From Oligoflexales bacterium (GTDB lineage Bacteria; Bdellovibrionota_B; Oligoflexia; Oligoflexales; CAIYRB01): a stretch of DNA of 64,000 nt. A program made the position numbers and the translations under genes. The notes under the pieces are model-generated. The model saw only the letters and a list, made by a program, of their open reading frames with translations. It did no database searches and was not told the origin of the DNA. The stretch spans positions 1-64,000 of the forward strand of contig JBGSUI010000148.1 in NCBI GenBank assembly GCA_041736175.1, in the 5' to 3' direction. Below, in pieces: positions 45,576-55,371 of the stretch (its first letter is position 1; each line of letters opens with the position of its first letter).

Positions 45576-47201
45576 ATGGCTAAATTTTTTAACACTGCAG
45601 GTCCGATCCGCGAAGAAATGCATTATTTTATTCCAGTCTCCCAAAGGATCGACCTGCCGGAGATTCAGACTCTCATCGAACAAGAAAAATACTTTGTCCT
45701 CCACGCGCCAAGGCAAAGCGGTAAGACTACCACTTTGCTGGAACTCTGCAAAATCCTCAACAACAGTGGCCGCTATAAATGCCTGTACGTCAATGTGGAA
45801 AGCGCTCAAACCTCCCGGGAGAAGGTCGCCGAAGCGATGACGGTCATCGTCAATGAGCTGGTCGATTTAGAGGCGATCCATTTTCCCGACGACATCATTA
45901 TGGGTGGCCATGGGAAGGCTATCCTCGCGGACAGCGCCACATCGGCGCTTATTAGGATCCTTAGGGCCTGGGCCCGGGAAAGTGCCTTGCCCACAGTGCT
46001 CATCATTGATGAGATTGACTCTTTGATAGGCGACACGCTGGTGTCGGTATTGCGCCAGTTGCGAGGGGGTTATAACGAGCGTCCCAAAAACTTTCCCCAA
46101 AGCGTCATTTTGTGCGGGGTCCGTGACGTCCGAGATTATAGGATCCATGCTTCGTCCGAAATAGAACCTGTAACGGGCGGTAGCGCTTTTAATGTCAATT
46201 CGGAATCGCTCCGTATAGGGGCCTTTGATCGAAACGAAATCAGGGAGCTTTACCAGCAGCACACCGTAGCCACAGGTCAGTCATTTGCCAAAGAAGCCAT
46301 GGAGCTGGCTTTTGACCTGACCAATGGCCAACCCTGGTTGGTCAATGCATTAGCCTATGAGGCTTGTTTTAAAAATCCAAGAGGCAAAGACCGGAGCCAG
46401 ACCATCACGGTCGAGATGATCCTTGCGGCAAAAGAGTCTTTGATTATCCGCCGGGTCACCCACCTAGATCAGCTGGCGGACAAGCTCAAGGAACCACGGG
46501 TTCGAAGGGTTATTGAACCGATGTTATTGGGCGAACTTCCACCTGAAGTCCTCCAAGAGGATGTGGAATATGTCACCGATTTGGGACTTGTGACGAAGAC
46601 TCGCGCTGGTCTTATGATTTCCAATCCGATCTACCACGAAGTCATTCCCCGCCAGTTGACCTATATCAATCAAACATTACTCGATTCGGTCGTCACCCGC
46701 CAGTGGTACATCAATGCCGATGGGTCGATCGCCGTCGAAAAACTGCTCCAAGACTTTCAGCAGTTTTTTAGGGAAAATAGTGAATCTTGGATCCAGCGTT
46801 TTGACCAGTATCACGAAGCTGGTCCTCAGCTTCTACTCCAAGCCTATTTGCAAAGGGTGATCAACGGTGGAGGCCGGATCGACCGGGAATACGGCCTCGG
46901 TCGAGGCCGCACGGACATCCTCCTCACCTGGCCTTACGGTCCCGAGTTGACAGATGCCAAAGGAACGGTCACGAATACGCAGATCCAAAAGGCGGTTTTT
47001 GAGCTTAAGATCCTCTATGGGTCCAAAGAAAAGACCCTGACCAAGGGCCTGGAGCAAACCAAAATGTATTTGGACCAGGTGGGGCTCAAATCGGGACACC
47101 TTTTGATCTTTAATCGTGATCCTAAAACATCTTGGGACGACAAGGTCTACCGGGAGGAGCACAGCTTTCAAGGGTGTGCCATCACGGTCTGGGGGATGTG
47201 A
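45576..47201 (+). CDS. AAA-like P-loop ATPase with C-terminal PD-(D/E)xK-like domain
   Basis: FFNTAGP, HAPRQSGKTT, IIDEID, GQPWLVNALA, IDREYGLGRGRTD...FELK. Confidence 0.85.
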   Translation: MAKFFNTAGPIREEMHYFIPVSQRIDLPEIQTLIEQEKYFVLHAPRQSGKTTTLLELCKILNNSGRYKCLYVNVESAQTSREKVAEAMTVIVNELVDLEAIHFPDDIIMGGHGKAILADSATSALIRILRAWARESALPTVLIIDEIDSLIGDTLVSVLRQLRGGYNERPKNFPQSVILCGVRDVRDYRIHASSEIEPVTGGSAFNVNSESLRIGAFDRNEIRELYQQHTVATGQSFAKEAMELAFDLTNGQPWLVNALAYEACFKNPRGKDRSQTITVEMILAAKESLIIRRVTHLDQLADKLKEPRVRRVIEPMLLGELPPEVLQEDVEYVTDLGLVTKTRAGLMISNPIYHEVIPRQLTYINQTLLDSVVTRQWYINADGSIAVEKLLQDFQQFFRENSESWIQRFDQYHEAGPQLLLQAYLQRVINGGGRIDREYGLGRGRTDILLTWPYGPELTDAKGTVTNTQIQKAVFELKILYGSKEKTLTKGLEQTKMYLDQVGLKSGHLLIFNRDPKTSWDDKVYREEHSFQGCAITVWGM

Positions 47202-47382
47202 GCGGAAGTGAGCAAATATCCAGGCTCCGAAGTCGTCTAGCCTTCCCCCTCTAATCGTCTGTAAACACTCCATCGTGTTTATTCTCGGTACCCATGGGAC
47301 CGCTTTCCTAAAGGCTTGGTCCGAAACGATGACCGGATATTTGAGGATGGAGACCAACCCTCATTTCAGATTTTAATGCTAC

Positions 47383-47400
47383 ATTGCATTTTGCATGGTC
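47383..47400. promoter_or_regulatory. Near-palindromic putative enhancer (bEBP) site
   Basis: ATTGCATTTTGCATGGTC, 16/18 identical to 57103-57120, about 70-90 bp upstream of a sigma54-like promoter. Confidence 0.55.
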
Positions 47401-47471
47401 CAATGTGTGGCGCTCCCACCTTTAACCCCTAAAATGCCAACTATATTAAGGGGTAAAAATCGAGATCACCG

Positions 47472-47487
47472 CGGCATGAAAGATGCA
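47472..47487 (+). promoter_or_regulatory. Putative sigma54 promoter of the regulator-kinase-kdp operon
   Basis: CGGCATGAAAGATGCA, GG-N10-GC, 36 bp upstream of ATG 47523. Confidence 0.55.
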
Positions 47488-47522
47488 GTATTTTCAAGGT
47501 CCCTGATTGACTGGAGAAATAT

Positions 47523-48875
47523 ATGGTAGAAAAGGTCGGCACCAACCCAAAACTCTCGATTCTTATCATCGATGACGAACTCAGCATCCGCAAGACGTTG
47601 GGGATCTGCCTGGAGAGCGAAGGGCATAAAGTCCACGCTGTTTCTAACCCTAAAGATGCTTTCAATGAGACCGCTAGAGTTCATTTTGACCTGGTTTTCT
47701 TGGATATCAGACTCGGCAACGAAAATGGCATTGATCTGCTCCCCAAACTTTTAGAAGGCTGTCCTTGGGCTAAAATTATTATGATCACCGCACATGCCAC
47801 GATTGACTCCGTGGTTGAGGCGATGCGCAGGGGGGCCTTTGACTACATTGCCAAACCCTTCACGGTACCCCAAGTCCTCTCTGCTGTGCGCAAAGTGACT
47901 GAAATCAAGAACCTCGAACATCAGATTCAAAGCCTTAAACACCAAATTGCATCGGGCACCGAAGAACCTCTGTACACAAGCCACAGCCCTATCATGAAGC
48001 GAGTCATGGAACTTGCTAAAGCTGTAGCCCCCAGCGAGGCCACCGTGTTGATCACCGGTGAGAGCGGTACTGGCAAGGGAGTCGTCGCAAAGGCCATTCA
48101 TCAGTGGAGCCCGCGATCAGCGAGTCATTTTGCCACGGTGTCCTGTCCGGCTCTTTCGCCCCATATCTTAGAGAGCGAACTTTTTGGTCACGCCAAGGGG
48201 GCTTTTACCGGTGCTACAAGGCAAAATCAAGGACGCATCGCCGGGTGTGAGGGCGGCACTCTTTTTCTCGATGAAATCGGCGACCTCCCGCTGCTATTGC
48301 AACCAAAACTCCTGCGTTTTATCCAAGATAGGGAGTATGAAAGCGTTGGTGATCATACCACCCGGCATGCAAATGTTCGAGTGATAGCCGCAACCAACAT
48401 TGATCTTATGACGGCAGTCCATGGGGGACGATTTCGCGAGGATTTATTTTACCGATTGAACGTCATTCAAATAGAACTCCCACCCCTTAGGGAGCGGATG
48501 GAGGATATTCCCCTGCTTGCAATTAGTTTTCTCACGACTTTTGGTAAAAATAAAAACATCGTCGGATTTGAAGAAGATGCTTTGACCCGGCTGCAAAATC
48601 ACCCGTGGCCAGGAAATATCCGTGAGCTTCGCAATGCGATCGAACGGGCGGTGATTCTTTGCCACGGGGACAGGATCGCATCCAGAGACCTAACCTTTAT
48701 GGGCGAGACCAAAATCCCCATCAATCCAATGGGTGACACAGTCTCTCTTGAACAGGTTGAAGAAGCTCATATCAGGCGAATCCTAGGGGTCGCACGCTCT
48801 ATGGAAGAAGCGGCACAAATTCTTGGTATCGACACGGTCACACTCTGGCGAAGGCGTAAAAAATACGGTCTTTAA
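47523..48875 (+). CDS. Sigma54-dependent response regulator (REC-AAA-HTH Fis), AlgB-like
   Basis: IIDDE/FLDIRL REC, GESGTGKG, ESELFGHAKGAFTGA, FREDLFYRLNV, WPGNIRELRN, AAQILGID..TLWRRRKKYGL. Confidence 0.95.
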   Translation: MVEKVGTNPKLSILIIDDELSIRKTLGICLESEGHKVHAVSNPKDAFNETARVHFDLVFLDIRLGNENGIDLLPKLLEGCPWAKIIMITAHATIDSVVEAMRRGAFDYIAKPFTVPQVLSAVRKVTEIKNLEHQIQSLKHQIASGTEEPLYTSHSPIMKRVMELAKAVAPSEATVLITGESGTGKGVVAKAIHQWSPRSASHFATVSCPALSPHILESELFGHAKGAFTGATRQNQGRIAGCEGGTLFLDEIGDLPLLLQPKLLRFIQDREYESVGDHTTRHANVRVIAATNIDLMTAVHGGRFREDLFYRLNVIQIELPPLRERMEDIPLLAISFLTTFGKNKNIVGFEEDALTRLQNHPWPGNIRELRNAIERAVILCHGDRIASRDLTFMGETKIPINPMGDTVSLEQVEEAHIRRILGVARSMEEAAQILGIDTVTLWRRRKKYGL

Positions 48876-48903
48876 TGGAGTTTTATCCACGCTTTTTGAG
48901 GTT

Positions 48904-50736
48904 ATGATGTTTGGTATTCGGCAAAAACTCACTTTAGCTTTCGGAGGTGTCCTTCTGATTTTGGCCATGGTTGGAACGGTCAGCGGGCTGTTTCTGACTG
49001 GTTTTAGCACGACCCTAGAAAAACTGTTTCGCGAAAACTATGACAGTATGGTTTACGGTCAAAATCTTAAAGGTACGATCAGCGACCTTCAAAACATCAT
49101 CGTAAGGACTAATCTCGAGGGAAGTGCGACTCAAGATTCTGGTGCTATTCTAGATTTGGTGGGACAATTCCAGTCTAGCCTTGATTTAGAGAAAAAAAAT
49201 ATTACCATACCTGGCGAAGGCGAGGTCGTTGAAAAGCTGGAGAAAGCTTGGAAAAGCTATTTGGGTTCGTTACTCGTGATCACTAAAGATGCGACTGTCT
49301 CTAAACTCGAGCTTCAAAAAGTCTATACCAAAACGAGTCTTGATTTTTCGGAAATCAAACGGCTTTCTGCACAGATTATCGAAATGAATTATGCCAATAT
49401 CATCTCGATCGATGGGCAGATTAAGCAAAAAACACTCTTTGCGCGCAGCGTCATGATTGTTTTGATTCTCTCGGCACTCGCTCTTTCCTCGATTCTCTTT
49501 ATGGTCCTCGCTCGGTCCGTGCTGCGACCTTTGCAGGTACTCACCCAGTCCGTCCGGGAAATCGAAAGAGGTCATCTTGATCTGACAGTCAACATCAAGT
49601 CAAAAGACGAGTTGGGTCAGCTTGCCGAAGCGTTTAATGCTATGGCAGCTCAACTAAGAGAGTTTCGTAAATCTGCCCGGGCAAAACTCTTTAGGATCCA
49701 AAAAACAACCCAATTAGCTCTCAATACCTTTCCCGATGCCATCGCCATTGTGAATACTGATGGCAAAATAGAACTCGCTAATGAATCTGCGCAACGACAT
49801 TTTCACTTAGCTGCTGGCGAAGATCTTGCAAAGGTTGAGCTTCTAGAGCTTTGGGAAATTTTTCAAAAGGTTAATGGAGATCTAAAGCCAGTGACACCTA
49901 AATCATATGCAAACTCTATTCAGATCTTTGTCGAAGGCAAAGAGCACTTTTTTCTGCCCCAAGGAGTCCCTATCTTATCTGATGACAAACACCTGACTGG
50001 TGTGACGCTGGTCCTTACTGATGTCACTGACCTTAGAAGGATTGATGAGATGAAAAGTGACCTCCTTTCGGTTGTTTCCCATGAACTCAAGACGCCTCTG
50101 ACGTCAATTCGGATGGCAACCCATCTCCTGCTTGACGAACGTATTGGATCCTTAAACCCAAAACAGGAGGAGCTGTTGGTGACGGCTCGAGATGATGCCG
50201 AACGACTCAACTCAATCGTCGAAAGACTCCTTGATATTGGTCGGATTGAATCTGGGCGGGCACTTATGGAGGTTAAACCGATTTTACCCGACCTGCTGGT
50301 TTCAGAAGCTTTAGAGCGGTTTTCGGCGACTTTCCGCGACCGAGGGGTTAGCTTAACCAGTGCTTTAGAAGGACCTCTTCCAGAGGTCCTAGCAGACACC
50401 AGTCGCATTAGCCATGTGTTTGCTAATCTGCTGGACAACGCCCTTAAATATACCAAAAATGGCGGTAAAGTCTCGGTATCGGCAAAGCAGCAGGACGACA
50501 AAGTGCTTTTTGCGGTTGCGGACACTGGGGTCGGGATTGCTCCCGAGGAGCAAAGGCGGATTTTTGAGAAATTCTACCGCATACCCGGTCAGTCGCCGGA
50601 GGTTAAAGGTGCCGGCCTCGGACTCGCGATCGCTCGAGAAATCATCGAAGCCCATGGGGGCACTTTAACGGTGACCAGCAAGCTTGGGGAAGGAAGCGCG
50701 TTTGCCTTTACCCTGAAAATATCAACGCCAGCATAA
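48904..50736 (+). CDS. Sensor histidine kinase, KinB-like (periplasmic 4-helix sensor, HAMP, PAS, HisKA, HATPase)
   Basis: Two TMs, RENYDS, HAMP DELGQLAEAFNAMA, SHELKTPLTS, NALKYT, GAGLGL; start 48904/48907 after GAGG. Confidence 0.92.
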   Translation: MMFGIRQKLTLAFGGVLLILAMVGTVSGLFLTGFSTTLEKLFRENYDSMVYGQNLKGTISDLQNIIVRTNLEGSATQDSGAILDLVGQFQSSLDLEKKNITIPGEGEVVEKLEKAWKSYLGSLLVITKDATVSKLELQKVYTKTSLDFSEIKRLSAQIIEMNYANIISIDGQIKQKTLFARSVMIVLILSALALSSILFMVLARSVLRPLQVLTQSVREIERGHLDLTVNIKSKDELGQLAEAFNAMAAQLREFRKSARAKLFRIQKTTQLALNTFPDAIAIVNTDGKIELANESAQRHFHLAAGEDLAKVELLELWEIFQKVNGDLKPVTPKSYANSIQIFVEGKEHFFLPQGVPILSDDKHLTGVTLVLTDVTDLRRIDEMKSDLLSVVSHELKTPLTSIRMATHLLLDERIGSLNPKQEELLVTARDDAERLNSIVERLLDIGRIESGRALMEVKPILPDLLVSEALERFSATFRDRGVSLTSALEGPLPEVLADTSRISHVFANLLDNALKYTKNGGKVSVSAKQQDDKVLFAVADTGVGIAPEEQRRIFEKFYRIPGQSPEVKGAGLGLAIAREIIEAHGGTLTVTSKLGEGSAFAFTLKISTPA

Positions 50737-50774
50737 ACTCTAACTAACTAAATAAATAACCAACGAAAGGATCA

Positions 50775-50861
50775 ATGATGGAAGATTTTATTTTTTTGGG
50801 AATCACGGTCGGGTTTTTTGTTTTGAGTCTAGGGTATATGACTTTCTTTGAGAGGATTTAA
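50775..50861 (+). CDS. 28-aa single-TM kdp-associated peptide (below ORF-track cutoff)
   Basis: Manual translation MMEDFIFLGITVGFFVLSLGYMTFFERI*, AAGGA RBS, directly before kdpF. Confidence 0.65.
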   Translation: MMEDFIFLGITVGFFVLSLGYMTFFERI

Positions 50862-50867
50862 AAAACC

Positions 50868-50948
50868 ATGGATTTATTTGTCGGTGGCGTCGCCTTTTTA
50901 GTCTTGATCTATTTATTTTGGTCTCTGATACGTCCAGAGCATTTTTAG
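50868..50948 (+). CDS. kdpF: K+-transporting ATPase subunit F (26 aa, below ORF-track cutoff)
   Basis: Manual translation MDLFVGGVAFLVLIYLFWSLIRPEHF*; YL..SL.RPE.F KdpF signature; GAGGA RBS; precedes kdpA. Confidence 0.85.
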   Translation: MDLFVGGVAFLVLIYLFWSLIRPEHF

Positions 50949-50965
50949 AAACAAAGGATTTCAAC

Positions 50966-52699
50966 ATGAATACAATGGAGTGGGTACAGTTTGCCCTCTA
51001 TTTGGGCCTGATTTTTTTGGTGACTAAACCAATAGGATTATATCTTTACCAGGTATTGGAGACCGACGGCCCGACCTTTCTCAGTCCCGTGATGGGGCGA
51101 CTGGAAAAGACGGTTTACCGGTTGATGGGTATCGACCCAAAAACCGAGCAAGACTGGAAATCCTACACGATTTCTATGCTTGCTTTCAGTCTCGTGACCC
51201 TTATTGCGACTTACTTGATACTCAGATTTCAGGATGTCTTACCCCTGAATCCCCAACATTTAAAGGCGTTTACCACTGATTTGGCTTTTAATACCGCGGC
51301 GAGTTTCACCACCAACACCAACTGGCAGTCCTATGGAGGTGAATCAACAGCTTCGTATTTTTCCCAGATGGTCGGTTTTGCGAGCCATAATTTTTTTTCT
51401 GCAGCCGTGGGTCTTGCTGTTGCCGGCGTCCTAGTTCGGGCTATTTCTCGGGACAAACAAAAGGGCCTCGGTCATTTTTGGGTGGATTTAGTCCGTATTC
51501 ATCTTTACCTGCTTTTGCCGCTGTGTACCGTTTTTGCTATGTTCCTGGTTTCCCAGGGTACGATCCAGAATTTTACGGACTATACGAATGTCGTGGAAAA
51601 GGTGGCTGAAAATCCCCCACAAACACCGGCCCAATCTCTGGCACAAGGCCCCGTAGCCTCCCAGGTTGCCATCAAGATGCTCGGCACCAATGGCGGTGGT
51701 TTTTTTAACGCCAATGCAGCCCATCCTTATGAGAACCCAACGCCCCTAAGCAATTTTATCCAGATGCTCTCGATTTTTTTGATTCCTAGTGGTTTGACCT
51801 ATTATTTGGGCAAAAAAGTCAAACACCAGGGACACGGCTGGGCTATTTGGTCGGCGATGGCTCTGCTGTTTACAGCGACGTTCCTGGTTTGTTGGTGGGC
51901 TGAACAAAAGGGCAATCCCCGTTTAGAGAGCCTCGGGATCGATATGTCCATGGGAAACATGGAAGGTAAGGAAGTTCGGTTTGGGGTCTTTAACTCAGCA
52001 CTCTTTGCCACCATCACCACGGCAGCGTCCTGCGGTGCCGTAAATGCTATGCATGATAGTTTTACAGCTTTAGGAGGCCTTATTCCGCTGCTAAACATGC
52101 AGCTTGGAGAAGTGATCTTTGGAGGGGTTGGAGCTGGCCTCTACGGGATGATTCTGTTTGTGATCCTCGCCATTTTTATTGCGGGCCTTATGGTAGGTCG
52201 CACCCCTGAATACCTAGGCAAAAAAATCGAAGCCTATGATGTAAAAGCAGCCGTGCTGGCCACCCTTGCAGTCGCCCTTTGTATCCTTGGTTTCACCGCA
52301 TGGGCCGTCGTTAGCCCGTGGGGGGTGTCCAGCCTTAATAACCAGGGGCCCCATGGGCTTTCCGAAATTCTCTATGCCTACTCCTCAGCTGCAGCAAACA
52401 ATGGTTCGGCTTTTGCGGGTCTTAATGCCAACACTCCCTGGTACAACACAACCCTCGGGATAGCGATGCTTATCGGCCGCTTTTTTATCATCATTCCCGT
52501 ACTGGCCTTAGCAGGGAATCTAGCCCGGAAACAGCTGGTTTCCGTGAGTGCTGGCAGTTTTCCGGTATCCGGTGTGACCTTTACCCTGCTTTTGATCGGC
52601 ACGGTGCTTATTGTAGGCGCCCTGACCTTTCTCCCAGCTTTGGCCCTGGGCCCCCTGGTTGAGCACTTCCTGATGACGGGTTCCAGCAAAGTCTTTTAA
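50966..52699 (+). CDS. kdpA: K+-transporting ATPase subunit A
   Basis: FNTAASFTTNTNWQSY, LGTNGGGFFNANAAHPYENP, SCGAVNAMHDS, NNGSAFAG; start ATG 50966. Confidence 0.97.
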   Translation: MNTMEWVQFALYLGLIFLVTKPIGLYLYQVLETDGPTFLSPVMGRLEKTVYRLMGIDPKTEQDWKSYTISMLAFSLVTLIATYLILRFQDVLPLNPQHLKAFTTDLAFNTAASFTTNTNWQSYGGESTASYFSQMVGFASHNFFSAAVGLAVAGVLVRAISRDKQKGLGHFWVDLVRIHLYLLLPLCTVFAMFLVSQGTIQNFTDYTNVVEKVAENPPQTPAQSLAQGPVASQVAIKMLGTNGGGFFNANAAHPYENPTPLSNFIQMLSIFLIPSGLTYYLGKKVKHQGHGWAIWSAMALLFTATFLVCWWAEQKGNPRLESLGIDMSMGNMEGKEVRFGVFNSALFATITTAASCGAVNAMHDSFTALGGLIPLLNMQLGEVIFGGVGAGLYGMILFVILAIFIAGLMVGRTPEYLGKKIEAYDVKAAVLATLAVALCILGFTAWAVVSPWGVSSLNNQGPHGLSEILYAYSSAAANNGSAFAGLNANTPWYNTTLGIAMLIGRFFIIIPVLALAGNLARKQLVSVSAGSFPVSGVTFTLLLIGTVLIVGALTFLPALALGPLVEHFLMTGSSKVF

Positions 52700-52723
52700 A
52701 TTTTTATGGATGAGGAAAATCAT

Positions 52724-54754
52724 ATGGCTTCAAAAGTTCATTCTTTATTTGATCCGGAGCTCTTAGTTCCGGCAGTCGTAGGTAGCTTTAAAAAACTAAA
52801 TCCACTTAAAATGGCTCGAAATCCTGTTATGTTTGTGACGGAAGTGGGAGCTATGCTCACCACGATTGACCTAGCCATCATGGCTACTCAAGGGCAGCCC
52901 CTTGCTTTTCCCCTGCAGATTTCCCTTTGGTTGTGGTTTACCGTGTTGTTTTCAAACTTTGCTGAGGCTATGGCCGAAGGTCGAGGTAAAGCACAAGCTA
53001 GTAGCCTGCGCAAAACTCGCACCAAAACCATGGCCCATAAAATACTTCCTGGTGGGGCCCGAAAAACCGTGGAGGTTCCCGCCGAAACCCTCCGCAAAGG
53101 TGACTTGGTCTTAGTGCGTGCGCCGCAAATCATTCCAACCGATGGCGAGATCATCGAAGGGGCTGCCACCGTCAACGAAGCAGCCATTACGGGAGAGTCC
53201 GCTCCCGTCATCAGAGAATCGGGCGGCGATCATAGTGCCGTGACGGGAGGCACCACCGTGCTTTCCGATCAAATCGTCGTGCGGGTCACCGCCGATCCAG
53301 GTGAAAGTTTTATGGACCGCATGATTGGCCTGATCGAGGGAGCCAAGCGGCAAAAAACTCCCAATGAGATCGCCCTGTCGATTCTACTCTCGGCCTTGAC
53401 GATTATTTTTCTTGTGGTGGTGATGACTCTGAAGCCCTTGGCCCTATACTCGGGTGTATCCCTCTCCCTGTCCAACCTCGTGGCCCTTCTTGTGTGCCTT
53501 ATTCCAACCACCATTGGTGGGCTGCTCAGTGCCATCGGCATTGCGGGGATTGACCGTTTGGTGCAAAAGAACGTCCTCGCCATGAGTGGCCGTGCCGTCG
53601 AGGCTGCCGGTGATGTGGATGTGCTTTTGCTCGATAAGACGGGGACCATCACCCTTGGCAATCGCCAAGCAACCGCTTTTTTACCCGCACCAGGAGTCAC
53701 CGAGGAAGAGTTGGCAGCCATGGCCCAGTTAGCCTCCCTTGCGGACGAAACCCCCGAAGGGCGCAGTATCGTGCTTTTGGCCAAAAAATTTCAGATGATC
53801 TCAAACGCAAACAAAGATCTAGCTAATGCGGTTTTTGTGCCATTTACCGCCCAAACCCGTATGAGCGGCGTCGATGTCAGCGGTCGACGGATCCGTAAGG
53901 GAGCATCCGATGCGATCGAAAAATTCGTGGGCAAAAAATATCCCAGCCAAGTCACCGATCATATCAAGAGAGTTTCAAACTCTGGTGGCACCCCGCTGGT
54001 CGTCGCCGATCAGGAGCGGGTCCTTGGTGTTGTGCAGTTGAAAGATATCGTTAAAAGTGGGCTAGCCGACCGTTTTAAACGCTTTCGCGCCATGGGGATA
54101 AAAACCGTGATGATCACGGGAGACAATCCCCTGACCGCCGCAGCGATCGCTGCCGAAGCTGGTGTGGATGATTTTCTTGCTGAAGCAGCCCCTGAGCAAA
54201 AGCTAGCCTATATCATCAAAGAAAAGTCCTTGGGCCATTTGGTCGCCATGACCGGTGACGGCACCAACGATGCCCCAGCTCTGGCCCAAGCTGATGTGGG
54301 GGTCGCTATGAATTCAGGGACCCAAGCGGCAAAAGAAGCGGGCAACATGGTGGACCTCGATAGCAATCCCACCAAGCTGATCGAAATCGTCGAAATTGGC
54401 AAGCAGCTCTTGATGACCCGAGGCTCGCTCACCACTTTTAGCATCGCCAATGATGTGGCCAAATATTTTGCGATTATTCCCGCAATGCTGATCGGTGCTT
54501 TTCCCGAGATAGGGGCACTTAATATTATGGGACTGGGAGAAAAAAGTGCCATTCTAAGCGCCGTGATCTTTAATGCACTGATTATCATTTGTTTGATTCC
54601 CCTAGCTCTCAAAGGTGTTGCCTTCAAGCCCCTTGGAGCAGCAGTGATCCTGCGACGCAATCTTTTGATCTACGGGCTTGGTGGGCTTATTGTTCCCTTT
54701 ATCGGTATCAAAGCCATCGACGAAATTATCAAATTTTTAGGAGTCATCCTATGA
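52724..54754 (+). CDS. kdpB: K+-transporting ATPase subunit B (P-type)
   Basis: [38 protein letters not shown]. Confidence 0.98.
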   Translation: MASKVHSLFDPELLVPAVVGSFKKLNPLKMARNPVMFVTEVGAMLTTIDLAIMATQGQPLAFPLQISLWLWFTVLFSNFAEAMAEGRGKAQASSLRKTRTKTMAHKILPGGARKTVEVPAETLRKGDLVLVRAPQIIPTDGEIIEGAATVNEAAITGESAPVIRESGGDHSAVTGGTTVLSDQIVVRVTADPGESFMDRMIGLIEGAKRQKTPNEIALSILLSALTIIFLVVVMTLKPLALYSGVSLSLSNLVALLVCLIPTTIGGLLSAIGIAGIDRLVQKNVLAMSGRAVEAAGDVDVLLLDKTGTITLGNRQATAFLPAPGVTEEELAAMAQLASLADETPEGRSIVLLAKKFQMISNANKDLANAVFVPFTAQTRMSGVDVSGRRIRKGASDAIEKFVGKKYPSQVTDHIKRVSNSGGTPLVVADQERVLGVVQLKDIVKSGLADRFKRFRAMGIKTVMITGDNPLTAAAIAAEAGVDDFLAEAAPEQKLAYIIKEKSLGHLVAMTGDGTNDAPALAQADVGVAMNSGTQAAKEAGNMVDLDSNPTKLIEIVEIGKQLLMTRGSLTTFSIANDVAKYFAIIPAMLIGAFPEIGALNIMGLGEKSAILSAVIFNALIIICLIPLALKGVAFKPLGAAVILRRNLLIYGLGGLIVPFIGIKAIDEIIKFLGVIL

Positions 54755-55338
54755 GCACAAAAATCCTTCGTGAGCTGCAAACTGCGGTGATTGCCATGGC
54801 TATTCTTATGGTGGTGGTCTGTTTAATCTATCCCTTTACGATATGGGCTGGCGCCCAATTGATTTTTAAAAATCAGGCAAACGGATCTTTGATTGTAGAA
54901 AGCGGCAAGGTTGTCGGCTCAAGTCTGATTGGCCAAAGCTTTACCTCGGACCGGTCGTTTCACCCCCGGCCTTCTGCTGCCGGCAAAGGTTATGATGCCA
55001 CCAGCTCTGGGGGGAGCAACCTCGGGCCGATCAGCGACAAAGGACTCAAGGAAACCGCTGAGCGGGTGGCAAACTACCGACTTATCAATCGGCTCGACCC
55101 AGGAGTCAAAGTGCCCATCGATGCGGTTACCGCCTCGGCAAGCGGCCTCGATCCCCATATCAGCCCCAAAAACGCGGAGCTCCAAGCGCTGCGAGTGGCT
55201 GAAAAGCGCAACCTGAATGTGGATGTGGTCTACAAACTCATCAAAGAGCACACGGAAAAACCAGATTGGGGCTTTCTTGGTGAATCAGGGGTAAACGTAT
55301 TGCGACTGAATCTCGCTTTGGACCATTTGCAACCTTAA
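54751..55338 (+). CDS. kdpC: K+-transporting ATPase subunit C
   Basis: [53 protein letters not shown] overlaps kdpB stop. Confidence 0.96.
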   Translation: MSTKILRELQTAVIAMAILMVVVCLIYPFTIWAGAQLIFKNQANGSLIVESGKVVGSSLIGQSFTSDRSFHPRPSAAGKGYDATSSGGSNLGPISDKGLKETAERVANYRLINRLDPGVKVPIDAVTASASGLDPHISPKNAELQALRVAEKRNLNVDVVYKLIKEHTEKPDWGFLGESGVNVLRLNLALDHLQP

Positions 55339-55371
55339 GATTATTGTTTGAGTAACTGGAGTTCATATCCC

